Shown here piece after piece: positions 37,201-50,132 of a DNA stretch of 64,000 nucleotides (position 1 is its first letter; every line of letters starts with the position of its first letter). The translations under genes were made by a program, and so were the position numbers. The DNA is from Antedon mediterranea (taxonomy: Eukaryota > Animalia > Echinodermata). The stretch is taken from the NCBI RefSeq assembly GCF_964355755.1, contig NC_092670.1:238201-302200 (forward strand), written 5' to 3'. Under the pieces are notes generated by a model that saw nothing but the letters and a program-made list of their open reading frames with translations, made no database searches and was not told the origin of the DNA.

Positions 37201-40200
37201 ATATACTAGTACACCGGAGTAACCACCTACTCATCTCGAAAGATGTACTAGGTTCTCTAAAATGCACAGCTAGATGTGTACACTGGACCTATGGTTTATA
37301 GTCCTTATCCGCAAAGACTTGTTCTACTACCAGAACATGGAGCAAGTGAGCCTCGAACCCTTGCCAATGTTAAGGCTACATATTATGGTTCCACTGTCTT
37401 AACCGTTTGGCCACTCACTTATAATATATAATAACTTGTGTATGATAATTACAGGACTAATAAGTTATTTGTTGTTTTGATAGTGAACATGTTGACCAAT
37501 GAGGTGACTCTACTTAAAGAAAGCAAAGAGCGACAGGTAACAGAACTGAAAGCAGTGATGGAACACAAAGCTAAAACATCACAAAATAAACTTGAGAAAA
37601 TGGTAAGGAGTCTGGAAAATAATTTGTCATCACACATAGGCTACTTAACATGTTCCAAATTGAAATGTGAATCTGATGAGAGGAACTATAAAGGAAATTT
37701 GCTTAATGTTTATTTTTGAAAATAAAAGAAAGTCACTTAGTACTAATAATGTAACTTTAATAACCTTTTATGTAGATTTAAGTCATGTTTTTTATTCTCA
37801 ACATCATGTATAGTTTTTTACTGTATATAATATACAGTAATTTTACACTGGGACTTTATGAGCTATAGAGCTTCATTGTCTCTCTAGAAGAACAAATAAG
37901 TGAAATGTAAGGGGTTTTTCCCAAACAGATGCATGATGCTGTGGCAGATTTTGAACAAGAGAAACTTGAAATGCAAAAACTGCACACCAAAAATATCCAA
38001 GATATTCTACAAGATACAAATGCAAGACTACAGCAAATGGAGGAGGATTATGGAACTCAAGTGAACAAACATGTAAGTTAATAAGCAAGTACCATAATAG
38101 CAGGTAGGTTTATCTTGCAATCACAAAGTTCAGAGTTTACATTTGAAGCATTGTTGTGAATAATAGTGGGCCAAGTAGTTTAGTATTTTTATTTATTTTA
38201 CCTTTATAGAGGGTGACCCTAAACAGCGTATGCTAACAATCAAGGGCCCTTCAAGAAGTGTTATGATAAGTGTGTGTAACAGTGGCTATGTGGGTAAGCT
38301 GATGTACCTATTTTGTTATTCAAAACAATTCATGTTTATCATCTTTTTCTTTGTCAATAATTAAGACGACCGTGATAAGCCAACTTGAGCTGCGACTTCA
38401 GGAGTTAATGGAAGAATCTGAAAATCTTGCAGCGTCAAAATTAATCCTTAATGAGGAGAAAATGCAGCTTAGTGAAAGAAATAACCTATTTGCAGAAGAA
38501 CTTAGAACAACAAAAACAATGTATGTGTAAAGTTCTCAATGTAGTTAGTATAAAGTACAAATTACGTCAGAGTAGGGCAAACATCCGACAAATTAATCGA
38601 TACGTTTTAAACAGATTTGAAACTCTTCAGCGGGATTACATTAGGCTTCAGGAAGAGAGTGAGAGAGAACAAAGGAACCTCCAGACAAAATCTGATGCCA
38701 GCATGGAGTACCTCAAACAGGAACACTCTCTAGCATTGGCCAAGGTAATTTTTCCTAATAATTGAGGTGGTTCAGCTTGGCAAATACAGGATCCTAAAAT
38801 AGCTTAAGTTACTCGCAGATTTATAACCTAAATGGAACTATACATAATTGTTTAAAGCTCTGTCTACACTATCAAACATTATGTGATGTGCCCATATATG
38901 GACATGATGATGTCATATCACTACCATATTTGAGTATATCACTACCATAGAGCTTTCGAATATAATCAATGTTGATTTAGCTGTTGTCCTCAAAATGTAC
39001 ATTTTTCATTCAGGCAAATGACACAATCAACGAAATGATGCAACAAATTCAAGAATTAAAGAAATCTTTACAAGAGAGTGAACAACAGCGGCAACGACAG
39101 CTTAGAGTAAGTGGAACACTTTAGTTTAGTCATGTTATACTCTTACAAAGTGTGTAAAAGGCAGCTTAGAGTAAGTGAAACACTTTAGTTTAGTCATGTT
39201 ATACTCTTACAAAGTGTGTAAAAGGCAGCTTAGAGTAAGTGGAACACTTTAGTTTAGTCATGTTATACTCTTACAAAGTGTGTAAAAGGCAGCTTAGAGT
39301 AAGTGAAACACTTTAGTTTAGTCATGTTATACTCTTACAAAGTGTGTAAAAGGCAGCTTAGAGTAAGTGGAACACTTTAGTTTAGTCATGTTATACTCTT
39401 ACAAAGTGTGTAAAAGGCAGCTTAGAGTAAGTGAAACACTTTAGTTTAGTCATGTTATACTCTTACAAAGTGTGTAAAAGGCAGCTTAGAGTAAGTGGAA
39501 CACTTTAGTTTAGTCATGTTATACTCTTACAAAGTGTGTAAATAACAGCTTAGAGTAAGTGGCACACTTTAGTTTAGTCATGTTATACTCTTACAAAGTG
39601 TGTAAAAGACAGCTTAGAGTAAGTGGAACACTTTAGTTTAGTCATGTTATACTCTTACAAAGTGTGTAAAAGACAGCTTAGAGTAAGTGGAACACTTTAG
39701 TTTAGTCATGTTATACTCTTACAAAGTGTGTAAAAGGCAGCTTAGAGTAAGTGAAACACTTTAGTTTAGTCATGTTATACTCTTACAAAGTGTGTAAAAG
39801 GCAGCTTAGAGTAAGTGGAACACTTTAGTTTAGTCATGTTATACTCTTACAAAGTGTGTAAATAACAGCTTAGAGTAAGTGGCACACTTTAGTTTAGTCA
39901 TGTTATACTCTTACAAAGTGTGTAAAAGACAGCTTAGAGTAAGTGGAACACTTTAGTTTAGTCATGTTATACTCTTACAAAGTGTGTAAAAGACAGCTTA
40001 GAGTAAGTGGAACACTTTAGTTTAGTCATGTTATACTCTTACAAAGTGTGTAAAAGGCAGCTTAGAGTAAGTGAAACACTTTAGTTTAGTCATGTTATAC
40101 TCTTACAAAGTGTGTAAAAGACAGCTTAGAGTAAGTGGAACACTTTAGTTTAGTCATGTTATACTCTTAAAAAGTGTGTAAAAGACAGCTTAGAGTAAGT

Positions 40201-43200
40201 GAAACACTTTAGTTTAGTCATGTTATACTCTTACAAAGTGTGTAAAAGACAGCTTAGAGTAAGTGGCACACTTTAGTTTAGTCATGTTATACTCTTACAA
40301 AGTGTGTAAAAGACAGCTTAGAGTAAGTGGAACACTTTAGTTTAGTCATGTTATACTCTTACAAAGTGTGTAAAAGGCAGCTTAGAGTAAGTGGAACACT
40401 TTAGTTTAGTCATGTTATACTCTTACAAAGTGTGTAAAAGGCAGCTTAGAGTAAGTGAAACACTTTAGTTTAGTCATGTTATACTCTTACAAAGTGTGTA
40501 AAAGGCAGCTTAGAGTAAGTGGAACACTTTAGTTTAGTCATGTTATACTCTTACAAAGTGTGTAAAAGGCAGCTTAGAGTAAGTGAAACACTTTAGTTTA
40601 GTCATGTTATACTCTTACAAAGTGTGTAAAAGACAGCTTAGAGTAAGTGGCACACTTTAGTTTAGTCATGTTATACTCTTACAAAGTGTGTAAAAGGCAG
40701 CTTAGAGTAAGTGGAACACTTTAGTTTAGTCATGTTATACTCTTACAAAGTGTGTAAAAGGCAGCTTAGAGTAAGTGGAACACTGTAGTTTAGTCATGTT
40801 ATACTCTTACAAAGTGTGTAAAAGGCAGCTTAGAGTAAGTGGAACACTTTAGTTTAGTCATGTTATACTCTTACAAAGTGTGTAAAAGACAGCTTAGAGT
40901 AAGTGGCACACTTTAGTTTAGTCATGTTATACTCTTACAAAGTGTGTAAAAGACAGCTTAGAGTAAGTGGAACACTTTAGTTTAGTCATGTTATACTCTT
41001 ACAAAGTGTGTAAAAGGCAGCTTAGAGTAAGTGAAACACTTTAGTTTAGTCATGTTATACTCTCACAAAGTGTAAAAGACAGCTTAGAGTAAGTGGAACA
41101 CTTTAGTTTAGTCATGTTATACTCTTACAAAGTGTGTAAAAGGCAGCTTAGAGTAAGTGAACACTTTAGTTTAGTCATGTTATACTCTTACAAAGTGTGT
41201 AAAAGACAGCTTAGAGTAAGTGGAACACTTTAGTTTAGTCATGTTATACTCTTACAAAGTGTGTAAAAGACAGCTTAGAGTAAGTGGAACACTTTAGTTT
41301 AGTCATGTTATACTCTTACAAAATGTGTAAAAGACAGCTTAGAGTAAGTGAAACACTTTAGTTTAGTCATGTTATACTCTTACAAAGTGTGTAAAAGGCA
41401 GCTTAGAGTAAGTGAAACACTTTAGTTTAGTCATGTTATACTCTTACAAAGTGTGTAAAAGACAGCTTAGAGTAAGTGGAACACTTTAGTTTAGTCATGT
41501 TATACTCTTACAAAGTGTGTAAAAGGCAGCTTAGAGTAAGTGAAACACTTTAGTTTAGTCATGTTATACTCTTACAAAGTGTGTAAAAGACAGCTTAGAG
41601 TAAGTGGAACACTTTAGTTTAGTCATGTTATACTCTTACAAAGTGTGTAAAAGACAGCTTAGAGTAAGTGGAACACTTTAGTTTAGTCATGTTATACTCT
41701 TACAAAGTGTGTAAAAGACAGCTTAGAGTAAGTGGCACACTTTAGTTTAGTCATGTTATACTCTTACAAAGTGTGTAAAAGGCAGCTTAGAGTAAGTGGC
41801 ACACTTTAGTTTAGTCAGTTATACTCTTACAAAGTGTGTAAAAGACAGCTTAGAGTAAGTGGAACACTTTAGTTTAGTCATGTTATACTCTTACAAAGTG
41901 TGTAAAAGACAGCTTAGAGTAAGTGGAACACTTTAGTTTAGTCATGTTATACTCTTACAAAGTGTGTAAAAGACAGCTTAGAGTAAGTGGAACACTTTAG
42001 TTTAGTCATGTTATACTCTTACAAAGTGTGTAAAAGACAGCTTAGAGTAAGTGGCACACTTTAGTTTAGTCATGTTATACTCTTACAAAGTGTGTAAAAG
42101 ACAGCTTAGAGTAAGTGGCACACTGTAGTTTAGTCATGTTATACTCTTACAAAGTGTGTAAAAGACAGCTTAGAGTAAGTGGCACACTTTAGTTTAGTCA
42201 TGTTATACTCTTACAAAGTGTGTAAAAGGCAGCTTAGAGTAAGTGAAACACTGTAGTTTAGTCATGTTATACTCTTACAAAGTGTGTAAAAGACAGCTTA
42301 GAGTAAGTGGAACACTGTAGTTTAGTCATGTTATACTCTTACAAAGTGTGTAAAAGACAGCTTAGAGTAAGTGAAACACTTTAGTTTAGTCATGTTATAC
42401 TCTTACAAAGTGTGTAAAAGGCAGCTTAGAGTAAGTGGAACACTTTAGTTTAGTCATGTTATACTCTTACAAAGTGTGTAAAAGGCAGCTTAGAGTAAGT
42501 GAAACACTGTAGTTTAGTCATGTTATACTCTTACAAAGTGTGTAAAAGACAGCTTAGAGTAAGTGGAACACTTTAGTTTAGTCATGTTATACTCTTACAA
42601 AGTGTGTAAAAGGCAGCTTAGAGTAAGTGGCACACTGTAGTTTAGTCATGTTATACTCTTACAAAGTGTGTAAAAGGCAGCTTAGAGTAAGTGAACACTT
42701 TAGTTTAGTCATGTTATACTCTTACAAAGTGTGTAAAAGGCAGCTTAGAGTAAGTGAAACACTGTAGTTTAGTCATGTTATACTCTTACAAAGTGTGTAA
42801 AAGGCAGCTTAGAGTAAGTGGCACACTTTAGTTTAGTCATGTTATACTCTCACAAAGTGTAAAAGGCAGCTTAGAGTAAGTGAAACACTTTAGTTTAGTC
42901 ATGTTATACTCTCACAAAGTGTAAAAGACAGCTTAGAGTAAGTGGAACACTTTAGTTTAGTCATGTTATACTCTCACAAAGTGTAAAAGACAGCTTAGAG
43001 TAAGTGGAACACTTTAGTTTAGTCATGTTATACTCTCACAAAGTGTAAAAGACAGCTTAGAGTAAGTGGAACACTTTAGTTTAGTCATGTTATACTCTTA
43101 CAAAGTGTGTAAAAGGCAGCTTAGAGTAAGTGGAACACTTTAGTTTAGTCATGTTATACTCTTACAAAGTGTGTAAAAGACAGCTTAGAGTAAGTGAAAC

Positions 43201-46200
43201 ACTTTAGTTTAGTCATGTTATACTCTTACAAAGTGTGTAAAAGGCAGCTTAGAGTAAGTGGAACACTTTAGTTTAGTCATGTTATACTCTTACAAAGTGT
43301 GTAAAAGACAGCTTAGAGTAAGTGGCACACTTTAGTTTAGTCATGTTATACTCTTACAAAGTGTGTAAAAGGCAGCTTAGAGTAAGTGAAACACTTTAGT
43401 TTAGTCATGTTATACTCTTACAAAGTGTGTAAAAGGCAGCTTAGAGTAAGTGAAACACTGTAGTTTAGTCATGTTAACAAAGCAACTAGAATCATATTGA
43501 GGATTTATACTAGAAGAATAAATTATTCTTGTTGCATATAACACCCTTTTCAAACTAAAATAATATAATTAACTGATTAAACAGTTTTAGTTAAGTCATG
43601 TTATATTTCTACAAAGTATGTAAAAGAACACATACTAGTTAGGTTAGCTGAACTTATTCTTAATGTTTAATAAAGCAATTTGAAAATGTTTGAAATCAAT
43701 CAAGTAGGGGAAAATGTGTTTAAAAGTATGATATACTATCATCATTGTATTATTTTTATTATATTTATTTTTCTCAAAAAGTATAAATAAATGCATATAT
43801 GAATGAATAAAAAAAAATACAGGAGGAGGGCAGACAAACTGAGGAACAAGTTGCTATAACCTTAAAGGTTTTGACTGCCTTCATTAGTACCTACCCTGTA
43901 TTAGTATCATCTCAACCATTTCCTTATAATTAAAGTCTTTTATGATTTGTATTGTTCAGGAATGGGAATCAGTTCAAAAGCAAGATAAAATGCATGTAGA
44001 ACATCTACATGAGAACAAAATACACAGCCTCAAGAAAGAACATGAACAAGAACAACAAGAAACAACAAGAAAAATAAGAAAACTAGAAAATACTCTAAGG
44101 TAATCATTGCTAGAACAACATTATCAAATTTTACCACATCATTCACTATAATTAGCTGTCGTAAGGTGGTTTCATGAATGATTTTGAAATCAAAACGGTA
44201 CTAGGTATGATCAACTAGCGTTCTTGTCACCAACTAGCCATCTAGTGATAGTGATGATCACATCATTCACTACAAACTCTCCTTTCCTCATTTGTATTTA
44301 GTAACAGTAATCTTTGTTTTAATTTTCTTATCAACTTTGTGTTTAGTGATAATTATAATGTTTCTATTGTAGAGAGAAAGAAGAACAGATTTTAAAATTA
44401 ATTGAAAACCAGAAAGCTCAGTCCTTGCAGTCACAACAAGCTATTGAGGACTTTAGAGACCAGATTAAGAAAAACTCATCCAAGATGTTTGATGATATGA
44501 AGCAGCAGGTACAGAACATTTAACATTGTAACCACTTTTAGAAGATAGCTATGAAGCCTATGATGATATTTTGTTACAGAAAAAAATACAAAATTATGGA
44601 GGTCGTGAGATGATCTGTCTTTTTTGTGTGTGTTTGCCTTTTTTATTTCAACTTTTTTTTTCTAATGTGATGCAGTTGATCTTGGACGTACGTATCCAAT
44701 AAAAGTAAAATGAAATGATAATCACCATTACTATCCTATCAACATTGTTCAACCGTAAGCGCTAATTTGATTGAAATGATCTGTTTCTGAAAGTTTTTAT
44801 TTCTATTTTGATATTTGTCTCTTCTTCTTGAAAGATGATCCAAGTTGAATCTGACCTTCAGATGTCAAAGTCACTTAGGGAACAACAAGCAAGGGAGTTC
44901 ACTAAACAGCATCAAGAAGAAACACAGAAATATGAGAACATGGTCAGTCTATGAAATGTTATGGTCATTGTATGTTACCCTGGTCATGTTATGCTACCAT
45001 GGTCATTTTATTCTACACTGGTCATTTTATGCTACCATGGTCATTTTATTCTACACTGGTCATGTTATGATACACTGGTCATTGTATGTTACCCTGGTCA
45101 TTTTATGCTACCATGGTCATTTTATTCTACACTGGTCATGTTATGCTACACTGGTCATGTTATGCTACACTGGTCATTGTATGTTACCCTGGTCATTTTA
45201 TGCTACCATGATCATATTATGCTACCGTTGTCATTTTATTCTACCATGGTCATTTTATTCTACACTAGTCATTGTATGTTGCCCTGGTCATTTTATGCTA
45301 CCATGGTCATTTTATTCTACACTGGTCATTGTATGTTACATACCATGGTCATTTTATTCTACACTGGTCATTTTATGCAACCCTACTGATAAATGATTTA
45401 TGTTTAGCTTTCAGATTTGAAGCTTCGTTTTGAAAAAGAGAAAGTGCAGCTTTTACAAGATTATCATATTGAGAAAGAAACTATACGACAAAATCTTGAT
45501 CAAGAGTTAGAAACACAAATAAATCGATTACAAGGGGAACTTGAAAAACAGAAAAGTGCGGCAAAACACAAACAAGAAAATGATGCAAAGGTAACTACAA
45601 TAAATTGACAATGTATTTTGTCAAATAATTTCTCTGTATTATTAACAATATGCATGAATTTCCTAGGTGGTTTTAATGTACATGTAGTTTAAAACCTTCC
45701 CAGTACAATTCTGGTCATTTAGACAGACAACCCTACAAAGTCTCTATCTATCTATCTACCTGGATTTTGAGACTTAAAGCATCAATGCTTCAGTCCCTCT
45801 CTTGACCAGAACATATTCTTCTTTGATTCATATGGTCTGTAGGTTTACAAAATGGTTTGATTATTGTTTCCATACTTCACAATAAAATACTTTTAAAAGG
45901 CATGATCAAGTTTATTTCTGTCATTATTATTTCTGTGCACTGTAGGCAATTGCTGATCTTGAATTACATATAAGCAAACTCAAAGAAGAGCTGATTCAAA
46001 ATAATTCCCTGCGAAAACAGCAGTTAACAGAACTGGGTATGTTAAGGGAAGAAGAGAAACAAACTGCTAACAGGGATTACCACTCACAGGTATGTTTTCT
46101 TATTTTATCTTATATCATCACTTCTTTTAATGATACAGTACCCCTGACCCCTAACCCTAACCCCTGAAACCATAGTTGTTGTGTTATTTTGTTGAATAGG

Positions 46201-49200
46201 CCATCTTAATGTCACATAATGTTTAAAGGAAAAAATTATTTGGAAGTAACCATTTATTTTTTCTTATTTTATAAGCAAAATCTTTATTTTTTTGGGGCAA
46301 AATTGAATAACTACAATTTTGAGGGACAATACATTATTTTGAATTATTGTCATTTATATTGACAGGAATTTGTTTACAGATTTCTTTATAGATTTCTTTA
46401 TAATTTCTTTTGTGTATTACGTATATGTAAATCCCAAACAATTCAGTTTTTACTGCAATTTTTAAATATTTTAAATATTATTAATTAGCATAAAACAATT
46501 ATTTTACAAATATATATGGTTTGACAATGATGTTGGTTCATTACAATATACACCAGCTTTTACAGCTTGTAACATATGTTACTGCCTCTGATTTAATTGA
46601 TAAAAACATCTGGTTTTGGAAATGTAATGATATACAATCACAGTAATGGATTCTCCGAAATAATTGATTATTTAAAAAATATTGTAAAAAGAAATTTGAA
46701 GCTTTTGCTGAAGTAGCAATAATTTGAATTCACAATACTGTATTTAATTAGTGCACAGTAGAACCCTGCTTTGGAACACCCCCATTCAGGGGATGCTTCT
46801 CTTGAAACAAGAGCAATGTGTTTTAATACCATGCCTTTGATTATTGATAGAAACATCTGGTTTCATTAAAATATTACACAATTTGCCAAACATTAAAATT
46901 CTTTACTGTAGTAACAAAACACCTTTTAAAAATCAGAATCAGCATATCAGGTGATTGTACAGATGAACATTTGTTGAAACAAATCGTAAGAAAGAGAAAA
47001 TATACACAGACCTTTATTACTGCATTTTATAGTTTTGTGAGTTAATATTGCAAGTGTTCAGGTATTGACACTGTTTTACAATTCTTATATTATTGTTGAT
47101 ATTTTCACAAACTTGGACAATAAATCTTGTAGAAGACCTCATAAAATGTGTCATTTTCTAATTTCTAATTAAAATTTCAGTTTTATATTTCTACTTATAT
47201 AGTAAACTATCAATCATAAAAACGAATTCTGTCTTGTGTTATTATTTCTAGTGAAACAAAATCTTAGATTTGTGTTAGTTCATATCAAAACGAATTCTGT
47301 CAATTATTTCTAGTGAATAAAAAATCTTAAATTTGTGTTTGTGAGTTTTGGTGTGGCGCCATGTATTTGGGATGATTGATTATTATCAGGAATTTGAATG
47401 CTCAGAGATCGATTAACATTAAAGTTTTTACTTCACAGCTGACTAGATTACAATCAGAATTGGAGCAGAAGCGATTACAAGAGCAACAACAGCATACCAT
47501 TGAATTAGAAAAGACCATTGAACAAGTGAGCAATTTAATTTAATTAAATTCCCAGAGGTTTTACAAAAAATATTGATTTTTTTTTTCAACTGCATATTGC
47601 TTCTAACTCTCTTGTATTAAACATATTATACGACATTAGCAAATTAGTGATTCAATTATTTGTGCGATGTTAAATATGATGTTCATTTGGAAATGTAATG
47701 ATAGAGAATCACAGTAATGGATTCTCCTAACTATTTGATTATTTGAAAAAAATTGTAAAAAAATTTGGCTGAAGGAGCAAAAACTTGAATTAGCAATACG
47801 GTAATTTATTAATTAATTTAAAATGCGAATTTATTATACGCAGTAGAACTCTGCTATTTTCCCTTATTCAGTCAGGGGATACTTCTCTTGAAACAAGAGC
47901 AACATGTTTTAATACCATGACCAACTCCACTTCAAGACACACCTATTAAAAGGACACTTTTAATAGGTTAAATCCTGAGAGGTGTCCTCTTAAAGGGGCT
48001 TGTACTGTATTCATAAAAAGGTGCATTGCATAATATATCATCTTTATATTTTATACTGGACAATGTTTTTGTTTTTTTAGTCAAATAAGAAATTGAAAGA
48101 CGTTGAAAAGGAATACAAACAGAGGTTAACCAAATCAGCTGAAGTAAGTATGTGATAATATTGATAACAACATTACAGTTGATAAATGTTAACATTGATG
48201 TTCAATGTAATTACAAAAAAGGGAAATTTGCTTTTTCTTTACATTTTTTAAAAATATGTTTTTTTATTTTATCAACAGACAATAGCAGGCTTAAAGACTG
48301 CAGTTGAAGACATGAGACAAAAATCTAAAGGGTGAGGAATTTTTACATTTTATGACTGCAATGATATATTAATTACAATCCTTTTCTTATAAATAAATGA
48401 TTATTGTTTATCAGAGAGAAAACTACAGCACAATTTGAGAAAAATGAAATGAGAATGAAACTACATGAAGAAAATGAGGGCATGAGGCAAATTCACGAAG
48501 CTGCAACAAGGGTAAGGGTTTACATTTTGTTATTTTCAATAAATTTTAATGTTTATGAATCCCTTGTATCTTTTTGTTTGAATGTCATCTGTATATTTTT
48601 GTATTGGTTTAAGAGGGCGTCTTTTAGTCAGCTGCACTCTGTAGTACAACCTTTGTAAAATCAAGTTGAATAAATAAATAAATGAGATATGAAGAGTGAT
48701 AAACTTTGAGGGAATGAATGCCCAAAATAATGAATAAAAAGTAATAAAAATAATAATATGGAATATAAAATTAGATAACATAAATTGGGTATCCAGTATT
48801 CTTGTTAATATTAATATGGATTATGAATAGGACAGTTTGTTCATAGTTGTTACCCATCTTTTTTTGTGGTTGTAGGTATTGCAAACATCATTAGACTCAA
48901 ATAAAAACAAAGTAAGACAACTGGAGAAGAGGCTAAAACAAAAAGAATTTGAACATAAGGAACAAGTTAGTGTTAATATTTCATTCATTTTATAATAATG
49001 TAATCATATTTATTTATGATTTTTTGCATATATTATGTTTATTTATTGATTTGATTCTGCTCAAACAGATTCTCCTGCTGAAGCAAGAAAGTGAGAATAG
49101 ACTGGGAGATATGATGCCACAGGTTGTACATCAGGTGAAATAAATAGTTATTCTGCTGCAAGACCCACCCACACATTAGTTGCAACACATTAGCTTCGAT

Positions 49201-49501
49201 ACTCATTCGTCACATGTCGATGAATGAATAAACGAAACATTAGTTGCCAGACATTAGTTGCGACACCCACATTAGCATACTATAAATGTATAAGCCCTTT
49301 ATTATGACTAATATGCTGATAATAGCCTATCTTGTTTACGCCGAATAATATTTTCATGTTTTAATTCTACAAATAGCCGTTTCATTATTGATTGATTTTT
49401 TTTAGGAACTGGAAAAAACGATATCATTGCTAAAGAATCAAGTGAACATGCTACAGCAAAGAACTAAAATTATGCAAGAAGAAATAGATGCAAAGAACTG
49501 A
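34221..49501 (+). CDS. CEP112: Centrosomal protein of 112 kDa (CEP112/CCDC46), ~26 coding exons
   Basis: N-terminal DUF4485-type block EEFDQHLVQMKPYVLRLPHKSDRQCCAMWIKKLCEP...RNRNMYSKLLLHMLKRG...PSYMGIYFDDP (exons 34221-34320, 34539-34605, 34815-34932, 35035-35192). Coiled-coil exons follow (e.g. EKEMEMKTKMLEAKFNEEKL 36625-36761; 39014-39106; from 43960). The last exon 49406-49501 encodes ELEKTISLLKNQVNMLQQRTKIMQEEIDAKN*. Confidence 0.92.
34614..34724 (+). mobile_element. PIF/Harbinger-like MITE, partial copy
   Basis: Shares AAATATGGTAGTGATAT...CATCATCATGTCCATAT...GGCACATCAC and the right TIR GTTTGATAGTGTAGACAGAGCT+TAA with 38855..38955 and 63342..63489. Confidence 0.7.
35226..35562. repeat. 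52-bp intronic minisatellite interrupted by a ~50-bp foreign segment
   Basis: TTGCTCTGGCGATAGTTATTACTGAGCATGTAAACTGCCATGTTGTTATTTG units; insert at 35277..35328. Confidence 0.92.
36238..36371. repeat. 44-bp intronic tandem repeat x3
   Basis: ATTAAAAGTGTATATCTATAAGTGTTATAGTAAATGCATACAAT units. Confidence 0.92.
37065..37418 (-). mobile_element. tRNA-derived SINE, copy 2 (CEP112 intron, with internal partial duplication)
   Basis: Shares CTAGATGTGTACACTGGACCTATGGTTTATAGTCCTTATC...GAGCCTCGAACCCTTGCC...CTTAACCG.TTGGCCACT with copy 1. Confidence 0.8.
38855..38955 (-). mobile_element. PIF/Harbinger-like MITE, partial copy (opposite orientation)
   Basis: TAA+AGCTCTGTCTACACTATCAAAC followed by the reverse complement of the family core. 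Confidence 0.7.
39098..43476 (+). repeat. 64-bp minisatellite x~69 (4.4 kb), each unit carrying the CEP112 exon end and GTAAGT donor
   Basis: Unit GCAGCTTAGA|GTAAGTGGAACACTTTAGTTTAGTCATGTTATACTCTTACAAAGTGTGTAAAAG. The first unit overlaps the real exon end at 39106. Confidence 0.98.
44941..45380 (+). repeat. Degenerate 19-bp minisatellite x~23 filling a CEP112 intron
   Basis: TGGTCATTTTATGCTACCA / TGGTCATTTTATTCTACAC / TGGTCATTGTATGTTACCC variants; source of ORFs 44845..45396 and 44961..45389. Confidence 0.92.
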
Positions 49502-49670
49502 AACGTCGTCGTTCAATCATGCTGAACCCTAACCTATAAAATGCTTGAATTATAATAATTCCTCTCATTATTGAACAAAATCTTGCCAAACAGTGTTCTT
49601 GCCATGCATGTTAAAAAAGATGATAGCGCTTCTGACAGTGATGGAGAATAGTGTCCTTTTTGTATTATGA

Positions 49671-50132
49671 TATTAATACAAAAGGCTGCCTGGTGGATAC
49701 TGTTGTTGTAAGATAAGGAATGCAGAGTAATACAGGTGAAAGTAGTGTGCAGGAATAGCAGCTTGGGGTGGAGATCTGGGTGCTTATGTAGCATATTAAT
49801 ACAACAGGCTGCCTGGTGGATACTGTTGTTGTAAGATAAGGAATGCAGAGTAATACAGGTGAAAGTAGTGTGCAGGAATAGCAGCTTGGGGTGGAGATCT
49901 GGGTGCTTATGTAGCATATTAATACAACAGGCTGCCTGGTGGATACTGTTGTTGTAAGATAAGGAATGCAGAGTAATACAGGTGAAAGTAGTGTGCAGGA
50001 ATAGCAGCTTGGGGTGGAGATCTGGGTGCTTATGTAGCATATTAATACAACAGGCTGCCTGGTGGATACTGTTGTTGTAAGATAAGGAATTTAGAGTAAT
50101 ACAGGTGAAAGTAGTCTGCAGGAATAGCATAT
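49671..50132. repeat. 123-bp tandem repeat x~3.7 downstream of the CEP112 stop
   Basis: GGCTGCCTGGTGGATACTG... at 123-bp spacing; source of ORF 49534..50160. Confidence 0.95.

Noticed and set aside
39098-43476. CRISPR-like array
   Set aside because: Contiguous near-identical units with no unique spacers, no cas genes and a eukaryotic intron context.
44845-45396. 183-aa and 142-aa hydrophobic ORFs
   Set aside because: Read-through of a 19-bp intronic minisatellite.
46146-46165. Telomeric-like CCCTAA repeats (also ~22741, ~57269)
   Set aside because: Only 2-3 units each; likely TE-associated or chance, not interstitial telomeres.
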